Origin: Eledone cirrhosa
Taxonomy: Eukaryota
Assembly (NCBI GenBank): GCA_964016885.1
Contig: OZ024742.1
Span: 3,224,001 to 3,288,000 of the forward strand
Reading direction: 5' to 3'
DNA: 64,000 nt
Shown: positions 1 through 12,741 of the stretch, piece by piece
How the letters are laid out: the number at the start of each line of letters is the position of its first letter
How positions within the stretch are numbered: position 1 is the stretch's first letter
Position numbers and translations under genes: made by a program
Notes under the pieces: generated by a model
The model's input: only the letters and a program-made list of their open reading frames with translations
Told to the model about the DNA's origin: nothing
Databases searched by the model: none

Positions 1-223
1 AATATATGTGTGTGTGTGTATATATATATAGTGAATATCATTTCACACCTTTTATTGTTAAGATTTTTGATGTTCTATTAAGAGAACCGATTTTACTGAA
101 AAAATCGAATAATGTACACCATTTTACCAGGGGGAAAAAAATACTGGTCCACCCACACACACACACACACACATATATATACACAAATACATACACACGC
201 GTACATCAACATACAAAGAGACT

Positions 224-260
<37 letters not shown>

Positions 261-315
261 TTCTCCGTATAAGACAAAAGCTGAAAAATATCTTTTGACC
301 TTCGAATGACTCTGC

Positions 316-348
<33 letters not shown>

Positions 349-422
349 TTATCTTAATAGCCATTTGACACACATCGCTGCTGGCCATTGTCGCAGCATC
401 GAACACCTTACTACTACTACTA

Positions 423-492
<70 letters not shown>

Positions 493-533
493 ACACACAC
501 ACACATATTTGTTGTGAAAGAGTCATTTCTCAA

Positions 534-761
534 TCTTGGCGCAAAACCAATTTTTTATCCACATGACCTCTACCGACCAATCAAAATTGTTTTGACCAAG
601 AATTTTTGCTGGAGCCACTTTGTTAACATAAAAACAGTCTTGGCGCAAAATCAACTTTTTACATTCACATGACCTCTACCGACCAATCAAAATTGTTTTG
701 ACCACAAGCATTTTTGCAACACAAAAATAACGCTGGAGCCACTTTTTAAACATAAAAACAG
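534..761. repeat. Two tandem copies of a ~105-125 bp unit containing GACCAATCAAAATTG
   Basis: acatgacctctaccgaccaatcaaaattgttttgacca at ~561 and ~667; gctggagccacttt...aacataaaaacag ends both copies. Confidence 0.8.
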
Positions 762-1016
762 GTAGAATTCCCAAAACTAATCAGATCAGAGCAAACAGCA
801 CGGACACTCTATCTCAAAATTATTTTTGAAAAGCATTTAGAAATGCGCAACCGGTAAAAACTTAAAAACTTAAAACCACAACTGAATACTAACCCATACA
901 AACACTAATACTCTTTTATTCCTAATTAAACCATTTTTCAACTGTGAACAATTTGTCAGCATTTTCTATTCCGTTTACCAATATATAATAACTTGTGTGT
1001 TACACCTCTATTCTTT

Positions 1017-1060
<44 letters not shown>

Positions 1061-2126
1061 TATTTTTTTTTCTCTAGCGTACCCTTACTGAATAGAAAGT
1101 CTGAGATATTCTCTTCTTGCCCCCATGCCATTTCTAATTCTTATTTTTATTATAAACCCAAATGTTCTAGTAGTACAAAGTGTACCCATTAGCAGATATA
1201 TTCCATTACTTAGTTTTTTGTTTGGGTTCTTTTGTTTGCCAACATTAATGTTATCATTGGTTTTTGATGACTCTTCATTCTAGCTCTCATAATCATTTGG
1301 CTACTGTACCATATCTATGTCTTCACTATTACACCTTGTTAGTATACATAAGATTACACACTTTACGCCACTTACGATATTCTATTATTATCTTTATTTT
1401 TTTTTAATTATTATTAACTTTAATTTTAATTTTAATTTTATTTTTAATTCTATTTTTATTTCTAAGTCTATTCTGATTTATCTATCGACAACCCCCCCCC
1501 CCTCCCCCCTCCCCCCATGCGCACATAAACTTATTGTCAACCCCTCCAGATTGAATATGATTATATTTAAACCCCCCCTCTTTTATGCTCCGTTCTATTA
1601 TTTATTATAGTATATCGACTATATTTTATGCCACTTCGCACCCTCCATATATTTCGTCAATTCTGTCCCCATTAGCCTACCTTAATTCTACTTAAGTCAG
1701 TTTTTTAGATATCGTTGCGTATATGATAGTATAATTTTCATTCCTTTTCGTAAACATTTGTAACGATACATTAAATCTTATATACTTTAATGACTTAAAC
1801 TACAGCTAATATTATACTACCTTATTGGACGGGTTCGATGTTTTTAATATTAATTTATCAAATAGGGTTTGGAGTCAATTAAAATGATTGCTTTCCTTAG
1901 TGTTTACCTAATTTCTTAAATGCACGCGAGGCCTAAGTGTGTATATATTTGCTTTTGTTTTGTAATTTCCGGTTGATTGTATTTATTTGTTTTATTCTAT
2001 ATTCTATTTACTAATCACTGTCTGGCTTCGCTCACTCATCCACATATGTCTGTCTACTAACATTGTAATTATAAGTATTTATATATTTCATGCCAATTTT
2101 ATAATATATTACATTATATTGTATGT

Positions 2127-2301
2127 AATATTGATCCTTATTACTTACTGTTCATTATATGTAACATTATGATATTTAGACTTTATATATCATGTAAGAT
2201 GTCTGGATTTTTGTAATATTATAATATTGATCCTTATTGCTTACTGTTCATTATATGTAACATTATGATATTTGGACTTTACATATCATGTTAGATGTCT
2301 G
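2127..2301. repeat. ~96-bp tandem duplication
   Basis: aatattgatccttatt..ttactgttcattatatgtaacattatgatattt..gatgtctg at ~2127 and ~2223. Confidence 0.8.
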
Positions 2302-2743
2302 TATATATTTTTTTCTGTAACATCATATTTTTTTCTGTAACATCATAATCTTTCCCTGTACCATTATAGTTTTTTTGAGTATTATATAATTTATATTTCC
2401 TCATTTATTCTGTAACCCAGTATGAATCAATTTGTATATATTGTTTATGGTACATGTTAATACACCGTTAACGTTTTATCATTGTATTTTATTGTGACAT
2501 CTATATTGTTTCTGTAAATTAACCGGGGATTATCTATTTTATTTTATTATATTATATTGAATTATATAATTTTGTTGTTTATTATCTGTTATATGTGTTT
2601 CTTGTAATTATATCATATTATTGCCTCATGTATATTGGGTAGATGTATTAGTATTATTTTCACTCTTATCATGCTTATTTTTAATATTCAAACTTCTAAT
2701 AGGGCTTAATTTTTGTGTGGTCGAACATAGATGTGTGTGTTGT

Positions 2744-2793
<50 letters not shown>

Positions 2794-3132
2794 CATATAT
2801 ACATGTATATATTGTACCTTTTGATTTTTAATTTGGAATTTTAATGTTGGTAAAAGTATATTATTATTATAATGTATTATATTGTGTTATATATAATTCC
2901 TGCTCTATATAACCAAATTTGTTTAGATTTAGGTTGGTTGCTTTGGACTATATTTGTAATATGGTTCTTAATGTTATCTACATCCTTAGTTATTCTTATT
3001 ATATATTTTTATTATTTTTATCTTTATTTTCATTTTTATTATCATATATTTTTGTAAGACATTAGTGTATGTACACTCCATATTCTTCATAGTTTCTGGC
3101 TTGTATCTGCCGATATTACCTCTTGTTGTTTT

Positions 3133-3180
3133 GATTGACCTGATGAGTCCTTAATAGGACGAAACATTGTCGGCTAATAA
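3133..3180 (+). ncRNA. Minimal type I hammerhead ribozyme motif (PLE pLTR-type); stem I degenerate
   Basis: CTGATGA 3140-3146; stem II GTCCT-TAAT-AGGAC; GAAAC-ATT-GTC 3161-3171; AATAAA follows; weak stem I. Confidence 0.7.
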
Positions 3181-3321
3181 AAACTTTTGATGTATTAAAG
3201 GATTCTTTGTTTTACTCTCTTAATTTTTTGGCTCTGTTTAACTGCATTGAGCTATACCTTTTACTGTCATTTCTATAATACGAAGAGGGTGTTTGACTCA
3301 AACACGCTCCAGTATTCTAAT

Positions 3322-3390
<69 letters not shown>

Positions 3391-3399
<9 letters not shown>

Positions 3400-5123
3400 T
3401 TCAAAACATTAACAAAATAGATATTCTTGTGATAAAGTATATTTTCTTATACATATTTCAGAGGTACTGAGTGAGTTAAGTTCAAAAGTACGTCCTCATC
3501 AGATAAAATAAGATGATGCATGACATACCCTGACATAGTAGATGGTTAAGATTCAGTCATGGTAGTGAGTAATATATGACAAAACTCAATATTTATACCT
3601 TAATATTGAGAACATGAGAAAAATATATAATACATACAATAGGGAGTGTGCATGTAATATAGATTAAAAAATACATGGCATCAATATAACAGTTTAAAAA
3701 TTTAAATTACTGAAGAAAGAGGAAAGAAAGGAAAGCATAGAGGAAGAAACAGCTGATGGGATAATATAGTTAGTTAGTGCCTCGAAAGACAAATGAGAGA
3801 TGATTAAAGAGAGAGAGAGAGACAAAGGGGAATAATTTATGTTCAAGTTTATAGACAATTATCCATATATACAATATATATCTAAACTTACTTGGTTGAT
3901 CGTTAATATTCAAAATATTTAATTTAAGTTAGTTCAGAGTAATGAATAATATTTTAAGTTTTAAAAGTTAATAGGTATCTGTATTAATATTATAGTATAC
4001 TATCAAGTTTAATTTCTAAAATTCAAATTTTATGAAATCAAATTTAAAGGATTTATGAACACGAGAAAGAAAATATATAATGTTTTTATAACATCACGAA
4101 GGTAAACTTTACCAAAATTATTTATAATATTGACAACAGTTTATATAATATAATTTATAAAATAATTATAGTTATAATTATTAAAGAATTCATGATTAAC
4201 AATTTCAGTGCCTAAAAGATCAACAGGCCTTATAATTAAACTTAAAGAAGTCTGAATTTTAAATAATATATATGTGTTAATCAAAAAATATACAAGGATT
4301 ATATTGTCTAAAGTCTTAAGGTGATACCTTTCAAATATATATAACATAATACAATAATACAATATAGTAAATAAGTTACTGAAAATATTGTTAAAAAATA
4401 TTGTTAAAAATTTATGTTTTATATCAATTATTGTAAAAGGATCATTTATTTGGTATATACTATAAATATATAAGTCAAAACTACATGAGTCCTAAGGATA
4501 AGGGCTAGATACAAAATAAATATAAAAATAAAAATAAAAAGTGAAAAATAATGAATTGTTTGCGAAACTTAAAAATGCCCAATATTAAAAATATAGTTTA
4601 AAATGTAATAGGGTTTTAATATATAGTAGACAAAAGATACTTCTCAAATGTCCAGTGAATGTGATAGAAAGAGGAGCTAAAGACTTGAAAAAGCCGAAGG
4701 TAATCTAAATTTAATTAAAATAAATTAAATTATATTAAATTAAGTAATAATCATTATATAATTTCGAACATCCGGGGAATATCTAACACTTATAAAAATA
4801 TAGAGTCATTTGAGTATCTAAATTATTTATAAATGTAACTACGAACATGTTATTATACTAGATAAACATATTTGTACAACTATATAGAGAGAGTATTAAA
4901 GGTATTAATGAAACTATATACATTTAATAAATAAATAATTATAATCATTATTAGTAATGCTATAATTGTAGTTTTACCCCCAGTTCAGTGGAGAGAGAGA
5001 CCAATATTTGTCGACTAGTATGGTTTGTTATATTTATGATACACATCTCTCTCATTTCCATGTTTGTTTATGTTGCTTCTATAAATTGACTGTTCTATTT
5101 ACATTATTCCGCTATATTATCTG

Positions 5124-5169
<46 letters not shown>

Positions 5170-5397
5170 GTGTGTGTATTCGATCTTTGTATATATTATG
5201 TATTTACCAGTGCTCTTTGTAATCACAATTCTAGATTTTTCCTTTTAAAGAAAGAAAAGAAAAAATGTTCTTACAATCATTTATATATATGATGAGGACG
5301 TACTGTTGAACTTAACTCAGTACCTCTGAAATATGTAAAATAAAATATACTTGATCACAAGAATATCTATTTTGTTAATATTTTGAATTAATATTAA
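3391..5397. mobile_element. Decayed PLE-like remnant bounded by ~110-bp inverted repeats carrying a degenerate hammerhead core
   Basis: 3391-3500 is the reverse complement of ~5290-5397 (gatgaggacgtact..tgaacttaactc..gtacctctgaaatatgt); minus-strand CTGATGAGGAC at ~3492-3502; left end abuts (TA)n. Confidence 0.5.
5034..5285. repeat. Inverted duplicate of the sequence flanking the 6053-14161 PLE (empty-site copy)
   Basis: Its reverse complement closely matches ~5875-5993 + (TA)n + ~14183-14275. Confidence 0.9.
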
Positions 5398-5547
5398 TAA
5401 CTCTGGAAAACCATTTTTGTTGAGTGCTTCCAATCTATTGTAAAACTCGGTCTTTGATTTATTCATTGAACCTTGTTTAACTTTTAAATATATATATCTA
5501 TATATATATATATACATATATATGTGTGTGTGAGTGTGTGTGTGTGT

Positions 5548-5669
<122 letters not shown>

Positions 5670-5689
5670 ATGACGGTCCTCCACACAGA

Positions 5690-5840
5690 TGAAGTCCACC
5701 AATTTTCTCTTACAATTTATCGGTCAACTGAACAAACACTACATTAGAATTACAACCTACCTCGGATCTCAGTGGTTCTGAACACGAGGTTTTCTGGTTG
5801 CAGAACAAACTCTTTATCAACGCAACCAAGCCATGCCTGT
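5690..5840 (-). mobile_element. Degenerate tRNA-derived SINE head
   Basis: Minus strand acaggcatggcttggttgcgttgataaag...cctcgtgttcagaacc resembles pol III A/B boxes. Confidence 0.4.
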
Positions 5841-5992
5841 ACCTAACATATTAATATTGAGATTCTATCATATTTAATAAAAGATTGTAAGGACACCTTT
5901 TTCTTTTCTTTCTTTAAAAGGAAAAATCTAGAATTGTGATTACAAAGAGCACTGGTGAACACATAATATATACAAAGATCGAATACACACAC

Positions 5993-6052
<60 letters not shown>

Positions 6053-6060
<8 letters not shown>

Positions 6061-8531
6061 AGATCAAAAGATGGTTAAAGGAGTTCAATATATTTTATTA
6101 TGCGCATTTCAAAAACAAACATCATCAAACAATAATATTTGTGTTTTCATCAGATAAAACAGGAGAACATGATATGAAGGCTAAAAAAACACTTGTTGAT
6201 AGTGCAGTTTTAAATCAACATATGAAAAGTGGTTTTAGATTGATGTGTGATATTGGGAAAAATATTTTATTTAGAGAGGGGGGGAGAGAAAAGGATGAAA
6301 AGGGAAGGAGATGAGAGGGAGAGATGGGTGATAGAGAGAAAGAGATAGTTTTTATAACAGAGAGGAGATATATTTTATATAGAGGGGTTGAAAACCGTTG
6401 GAAGATACTGTATAAATTAAAAATTTTGAAAATTAACGAAGGGAGGATATGTGCGAGGAAAAAATATATTATATTTAGGGAGGGGTGGGGGTGGAAAGGA
6501 TGAAAAAAAGGGAGGAGATGAGAGTGAAGGTGGAAAGGGAGAGATGGGTGATAGAGAGAAAGAGATAGTTTTTATAACTGAGAAAAAGATATAATGTTTT
6601 AATATAGAGAGGTTGGGAACCGTTGGAAGATAATGTATAAATTAAAGGAATTTGAAAATTAACGAAGGGAAATTATGTATGGAGATAGAGAGAAAAAAAT
6701 AACGAAGGGAGATTATGTATGGAGATAGAGAGAAAAAAATAATAATTGTGGGTGAATATTCAAAAGGAGAAATGTAGGAATCTTAAAATTAGCAAAGAGA
6801 AAAAGTTTATGTATAGGATTTGAGAAAAATTTATATTGAATTCATATGTATTAATAATGAGTTCGTTGATGGGGAGAAAAAAATAATAATAATAAATTAA
6901 GGATGAAATTGAGATTAAAAAGATTTATGATAGAGAGAAAAAATAATAATGATTGCGGATGAATACTCAAAATGTCAAAAACAAATGTTATTGTTTTACG
7001 AAGAGATATAATGAGGGTGATGAGTAAACGGGTATTATAGAGTGTATAATGCCCTTTAAAGTAAGGTAGATGGGTATATTTTAAAGAATATATGAGTATA
7101 TATTAAAAAAAATATATATAATAATAAATTAAGGATGAAATTGAGATTAAAAAGATTTATGATAGAGGGAAAAAAAAAAAAATAATAATGATTGCGGATG
7201 AATATTCAAAATGTCAAAAACAAATGTTATTGTTTTACGAGAAGATAGGATGAGGTAAATGAATAAACGAGTACTATAGAGTGTATAATGCCCTTTAAAG
7301 TAAGGTAGATGGGTATATTTTAAAGAGGTGTATGTATATGTGCCTTTGAGAAAAGATTCTAAATTGATAAAGAATTGAATATTAACTGTATACTTTGTGA
7401 AAAGTTCTATGGAATTTATGAAGGCAGATGGAAAACAAATCCGAGCGTCTATTTATTATGGATTCTAGGTTAGAGATAATGGTAAATTTTTCATTTAGGC
7501 AGAGATTACAGATTTTAGATAGAGAACTGTTCAAGTACGAGGATGCAGAAGAAATCTTTTTCCAAAAGATGTTATATTTAATGTTTTTGTCTTTTAAGGA
7601 CCATATGAGTTCTGAGAGAGCAGTGTTAGTTCTTTTAAGTTTGTATTTGAAAGATGAATGATGATTATAGAGACGAGCTTTAAAAGAGGTGGAAGTGGAG
7701 CCAAAATAGGTGAAGGAGTTGGTGCTAGTTATAATTTTACATTCATAAATTAAGTTTTTATCGAGGCAATGGTTGTTGAGAGGACATTTATTTTTAATGC
7801 GGCAGTTGCAATTAGAGAGATTATTAATGAGTGATCTAGTGTTATCTATAGAAGGAATTGGATTGGAGAAGTTGTTTGCGATAGGAATAATAGGAATAAT
7901 AGTTTCTTGATTTAGAGTTGGATTATGAACATTTAGCGAAGTTGTGTTTGACGTTGCATTTGGGTTTACAGAAGTTAGCCTAGGGTTTACAATGACGTCA
8001 GGAGTACTATTATTGTTATTATGAGATTCAATATTGGAAGGAAGAGATTTAGTATTTAATATTTTGTTGTTGTGTTTAGAAATGATGTTGGAAATATTGG
8101 AGGATGTAGAATACGAAAATTTAATGGTGTGTTTGTTAAATATTTTACTATAGATATGTGAGGGAGGGAAGCATTTATTTAAGGCACTAAAAAATAATTT
8201 AGGAATATTGTTATTAATAGAGATGGAGAAAGGAGCATTATACCAGATTATGTTTTTGTATCTAGGTCTTTTATTAAAATTATTGGAATGGTTATGATTA
8301 AATATTCTACTGTAAGTTTTCCTAGAATTTGTTTCTTTATTATATTTGATTTTATCTGGATAGCCAGCTTTAGAAAGTGCGTTATTATAGTAATTGGCGT
8401 TAGCATCAAAGATGTTTTTATTAGAAGATATGTTAGATATTCTATTTCCAATATTATTAACTATAGCATTCTTGATATTGGTAGGATGGTTAGATTTAAA
8501 GTTAACATAATTAAGATTCTCATTGTTTTTA
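6053..8531 (-). repeat. Inverted 5'-truncated copy of the PLE 3' half (ORF C-terminus + pLTR)
   Basis: ORF 7382-8554(-) is identical to the main ORF from KNNENLNYVNF to the stop; TTTTA microhomology at 8527-8531. Confidence 0.95.
6092..6160 (-). ncRNA. Hammerhead ribozyme (copy in inverted arm)
   Basis: Reverse complement of 10065-10133. Confidence 0.85.
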
Positions 8532-10260
8532 AAGCTCGTCTCTATAATCATCATTCATCTTTCAAATACAAACTTAAAAGAACTAACACTGCTCTCTCAG
8601 AACTCATATGGTCCTTAAAAGACAAAAACATTAAATATAACATCTTTTGGAAAAAGATTTCTTCTGCATCCTCGTACTTGAACAGTTCTCTATCTAAAAT
8701 CTGTAATCTCTGCCTAAATGAAAAATTTACCATTATCTCTAACCTAGAATCCATAATAAATAGACGCTCGGATTTGTTTTCCATCTGCCTTCATAAATTC
8801 CATAGAACTTTTCACAAAGTATACAGTTAATATTCAATTCTTTATCAATTTAGAATCTTTTCTCAAAGGCACATATACATACACCTCTTTAAAATATACC
8901 CATCTACCTTACTTTAAAGGGCATTATACACTCTATAGTACTCGTTTATTCATTTACCTCATCCTATCTTCTCGTAAAACAATAACATTTGTTTTTGACA
9001 TTTTGAATATTCATCCGCAATCATTATTATTTTTTTTTTTTTTTTTTCCCTCTATCATAAATCTTTTTAATCTCAATTTCATCCTTAATTTATTATTATA
9101 TATATTTTTTTTTTTTTTAATATATACTCATATATTCTTTAAAATATACCCATCTACCTTACTTTAAAGGGCATTATACACTCTATAATACCCGTTTACT
9201 CATCACCCTCATTATATCTCTTCGTAAAACAATAACATTTGTTTTTGACATTTTGAGTATTCATCCGCAATCATTATTATTTTTTTTCTCTCTATCATAA
9301 ATCTTTTTAATCTCAATTTCATCCTTAATTTATTATTATTATTTTTTTCTCCCCATCAACGAACTCATTATTAATACATATGAATTCAATATAAATTTTT
9401 CTCAAATCCTATACATAAACTTTTTCTCTTTGCTAATTTTAAGATTCCTACATTTCTCCTTTTGAATATTCACCCACAATTATTATTTTTTTCTCTCTAT
9501 CTCCATACATAATCTCCCTTCGTTATTTTTTTCTCTCTATCTCCATACATAATTTCCCTTCGTTAATTTTCAAATTCCTTTAATTTATACATTATCTTCC
9601 AACGGTTCCCAACCTCTCTATATTAAAACATTATATCTTTTTCTCAGTTATAAAAACTATCTCTTTCTCTCTATCACCCATCTCTCCCTTTCCACCTTCA
9701 CTCTCATCTCCTCCCTTTTTTTCATCCTTTCCACCCCCACCCCTCCCTAAATATAATATATTTTTTCCTCGCACATATCCTCCCTTCGTTAATTTTCAAA
9801 ATTTTTAATTTATACAGTATCTTCCAACGGTTTTCAACCCCTCTATATAAAATATATCTCCTCTCTGTTATAAAAACTATCTCTTTCTCTCTATCACCCA
9901 TCTCTCCCTCTCATCTCCTTCCCTTTTCATCCTTTTCTCTCCCCCCCTCTCTAAATAAAATATTTTTCCCAATATCACACATCAATCTAAAACCACTTTT
10001 CATATGTTGATTTAAAACTGCACTATCAACAAGTGTTTTTTTAGCCTTCATATCATGTTCTCCTGTTTTATCTGATGAAAACACAAATATTATTGTTTGA
10101 TGATGTTTGTTTTTGAAATGCGCATAATAAAATATATTGAACTCCTTTAACCATCTTTTGATCTTATATTATGCATACTCCAGTCCCACAAACTGTAGAG
10201 TGCTTCTTATCCGATATCTGCATTGCTTTATTGTACTACAATAAAACTCACCTCCTACAT
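8527..10260 (+). repeat. 5' pseudo-LTR (partial tandem copy of element 3' end)
   Basis: Matches 12438-14161 except in poly-T lengths; starts inside the EN-coding region, ends at CCTCCTACAT. Confidence 0.93.
10065..10133 (+). ncRNA. Minimal type I hammerhead ribozyme in 5' pLTR
   Basis: Stem I GTTTTAT/ATAAAAT; CTGATGA 10072-78; ~16-bp stem II with GTTT loop; GAAA 10115-18; palindromic stem III ATGCGCAT; predicted cut after AUA at 10126. Confidence 0.88.
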
Positions 10261-10278
10261 TTACTTGCTCCTTAACGG

Positions 10279-12741
10279 TTGAGCGCTTACTCTCATATTG
10301 GATACCTTTTGATGGTCCTTCACCTCTTCTTCTACAACATGGATTATTACAACATAACCAATTCTACTAAAGACATTCCTATACCTGGTAAATCTGAATT
10401 CACCAAACTTCTTATTGAAAAAACTGACTCCTTCGTAAGAAGACTTAGATGGACAGCCTATTTCTATGACCAGCGCCTAAAAGGGAACTTTCATACCAAA
10501 GAACACAACTTCCTCGATCATCTTTTTAATTCCAGACGAAATCCTCCTTCCAACAAAAATCTAGCACAATTCGAGGAAGAATTAACTAAAATTATAAAAA
10601 ATCTTAAATTCAAGAGATACCCTTACAAAGGACAAGAGCACCTTGTAAATCTCAAGAACACAATCTCTAACCTAAATTCCTCAAAAAATGTTTTAGTCCA
10701 CTCTGACAAAACCAATAACCTATATGGTATTTCCAAGGATAATTATAACAACCTTATCCTAAAGGAACTTAGGAAAAAGTATCGTAAAACCAACCATGAA
10801 AATTTAGAATGCATAAACCTTGAAGCCTATGAGATTATGTCAAAACTTGGCATTGAAAAAAAGACCGAACCATTCCTCCCAAGAACTCCGAGGATAAATC
10901 TCAAGGATCACAAAAACAATTTTCGCACTGAACTACCTGTTAGATTAATCGCCCCCTCTAAATCTGATCTGGGGGTTGTTAGTAAAGCCATCTTGGATAG
11001 GATTATCCCACAGGTTAGTTCTAATTGCTCTTCTTTAAACCTAAATTTATGGTTTGGTACTTCTGAAGTGATTGGCTGGTTCAACAAATTGGATAATAAA
11101 AACAAACTAAAATTTATTCAATTCGATATTGCCAGCTACTATTCCTCCATTTCGCCTTCACTTCTCAATAATGCTCTATCTTTCGCACTTAAATATTCTG
11201 ACATCACCACAGATGAACTTCACATCATCCTCACCGCACGTAAAACCATCCTAGAGTTCAACAACGAATATTGGACCAGAGCCGATACCTCTAACAACTT
11301 CGACATCACAATGGGAGCATCCGATTCATCCCAATTGACTGATTTAATTGGTATCTTCATTTTGAACTCTTTGAGTCGGAAAATTCCTCAACTTCGCGGT
11401 GGAATTTATCGTGACGATGGACTCTTTACTATCCTAAATTGCAATATAGTTAAACTTAATATTATTAAGAACAATATACGTAATCTCTTTAACCAACATA
11501 ACCTAAAAATTGAATTTGATAATAGTACCAAACTAGCTAATTTCTTGGATGTATCTCTTAATCTTGACACTGGCCTATATTACCCTTACCATAAAAACAA
11601 TGAGAATCTTAATTATGTTAACTTTAAATCTAACCATCCTACCAATATCAAGAATGCTATAGTTAATAATATTGGAAATAGAATATCTAACATATCTTCT
11701 AATAAAAACATCTTTGATGCTAACGCCAATTACTATAATAACGCACTTTCTAAAGCTGGCTATCCAGATAAAATCAAATATAATAAAGAAACAAATTCTA
11801 GGAAAACTTACAGTAGAATATTTAATCATAACCATTCCAATAATTTTAATAAAAGACCTAGATACAAAAACATAATCTGGTATAATGCTCCTTTCTCCAT
11901 CTCTATTAATAACAATATTCCTAAATTATTTTTTAGTGCCTTAAATAAATGCTTCCCTCCCTCACATATCTATAGTAAAATATTTAACAAACACACCATT
12001 AAATTTTCGTATTCTACATCCTCCAATATTTCCAACATCATTTCTAAACACAACAACAAAATATTAAATACTAAATCTCTTCCTTCCAATATTGAATCTC
12101 ATAATAACAATAATAGTACTCCTGACGTCATTGTAAACCCTAGGCTAACTTCTGTAAACCCAAATGCAACGTCAAACACAACTTCGCTAAATGTTCATAA
12201 TCCAACTCTAAATCAAGAAACTATTATTCCTATTATTCCTATCGCAAACAACTTCTCCAATCCAATTCCTTCTATAGATAACACTAGATCACTCATTAAT
12301 AATCTCTCTAATTGCAACTGCCGCATTAAAAATAAATGTCCTCTCAACAACCATTGCCTCGATAAAAACTTAATTTATGAATGTAAAATTATAACTAGCA
12401 CCAACTCCTTCACCTATTTTGGCTCCACTTCCACCTCTTTTAAAGCTCGTCTCTATAATCATCATTCATCTTTCAAATACAAACTTAAAAGAACTAACAC
12501 TGCTCTCTCAGAACTCATATGGTCCTTAAAAGACAAAAACATTAAATATAACATCTTTTGGAAAAAGATTTCTTCTGCATCCTCGTACTTGAACAGTTCT
12601 CTATCTAAAATCTGTAATCTCTGCCTAAATGAAAAATTTACCATTATCTCTAACCTAGAATCCATAATAAATAGACGCTCGGATTTGTTTTCCATCTGCC
12701 TTCATAAATTCCATAGAACTTTTCACAAAGTATACAGTTAA
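10279..12741 (+). CDS. PLE polyprotein: reverse transcriptase + C-terminal GIY-YIG endonuclease (first ATGs at 10312 and 10339)
   Basis: HSDKTNNLY, QFDIASYYSSI, ITMGASDS, IYRDDG, NFLDVSLNL, YHKNN..YVN..SNHP; CNC..CPL..C; LIYECKI..TYFGST..FKARL..H; CNLCLNEK..CLH; no internal stops. Confidence 0.93.
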   Translation: MSAYSHIGYLLMVLHLFFYNMDYYNITNSTKDIPIPGKSEFTKLLIEKTDSFVRRLRWTAYFYDQRLKGNFHTKEHNFLDHLFNSRRNPPSNKNLAQFEEELTKIIKNLKFKRYPYKGQEHLVNLKNTISNLNSSKNVLVHSDKTNNLYGISKDNYNNLILKELRKKYRKTNHENLECINLEAYEIMSKLGIEKKTEPFLPRTPRINLKDHKNNFRTELPVRLIAPSKSDLGVVSKAILDRIIPQVSSNCSSLNLNLWFGTSEVIGWFNKLDNKNKLKFIQFDIASYYSSISPSLLNNALSFALKYSDITTDELHIILTARKTILEFNNEYWTRADTSNNFDITMGASDSSQLTDLIGIFILNSLSRKIPQLRGGIYRDDGLFTILNCNIVKLNIIKNNIRNLFNQHNLKIEFDNSTKLANFLDVSLNLDTGLYYPYHKNNENLNYVNFKSNHPTNIKNAIVNNIGNRISNISSNKNIFDANANYYNNALSKAGYPDKIKYNKETNSRKTYSRIFNHNHSNNFNKRPRYKNIIWYNAPFSISINNNIPKLFFSALNKCFPPSHIYSKIFNKHTIKFSYSTSSNISNIISKHNNKILNTKSLPSNIESHNNNNSTPDVIVNPRLTSVNPNATSNTTSLNVHNPTLNQETIIPIIPIANNFSNPIPSIDNTRSLINNLSNCNCRIKNKCPLNNHCLDKNLIYECKIITSTNSFTYFGSTSTSFKARLYNHHSSFKYKLKRTNTALSELIWSLKDKNIKYNIFWKKISSASSYLNSSLSKICNLCLNEKFTIISNLESIINRRSDLFSICLHKFHRTFHKVYS

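Noticed and set aside
1-530. HT/CV/YI dipeptide ORFs here and throughout the window
   Set aside because: They are translations of (CA)n, (TA)n and (GA)n microsatellites
7382-8830. 390-aa and 180-aa ORFs as independent genes
   Set aside because: They are chimeric read-throughs of the inversion junction that duplicate the PLE C-terminus
10279-12741. Selenoprotein recoding as described for some Naiad PLEs
   Set aside because: No in-frame TGA in the ORF and the stop is TAA
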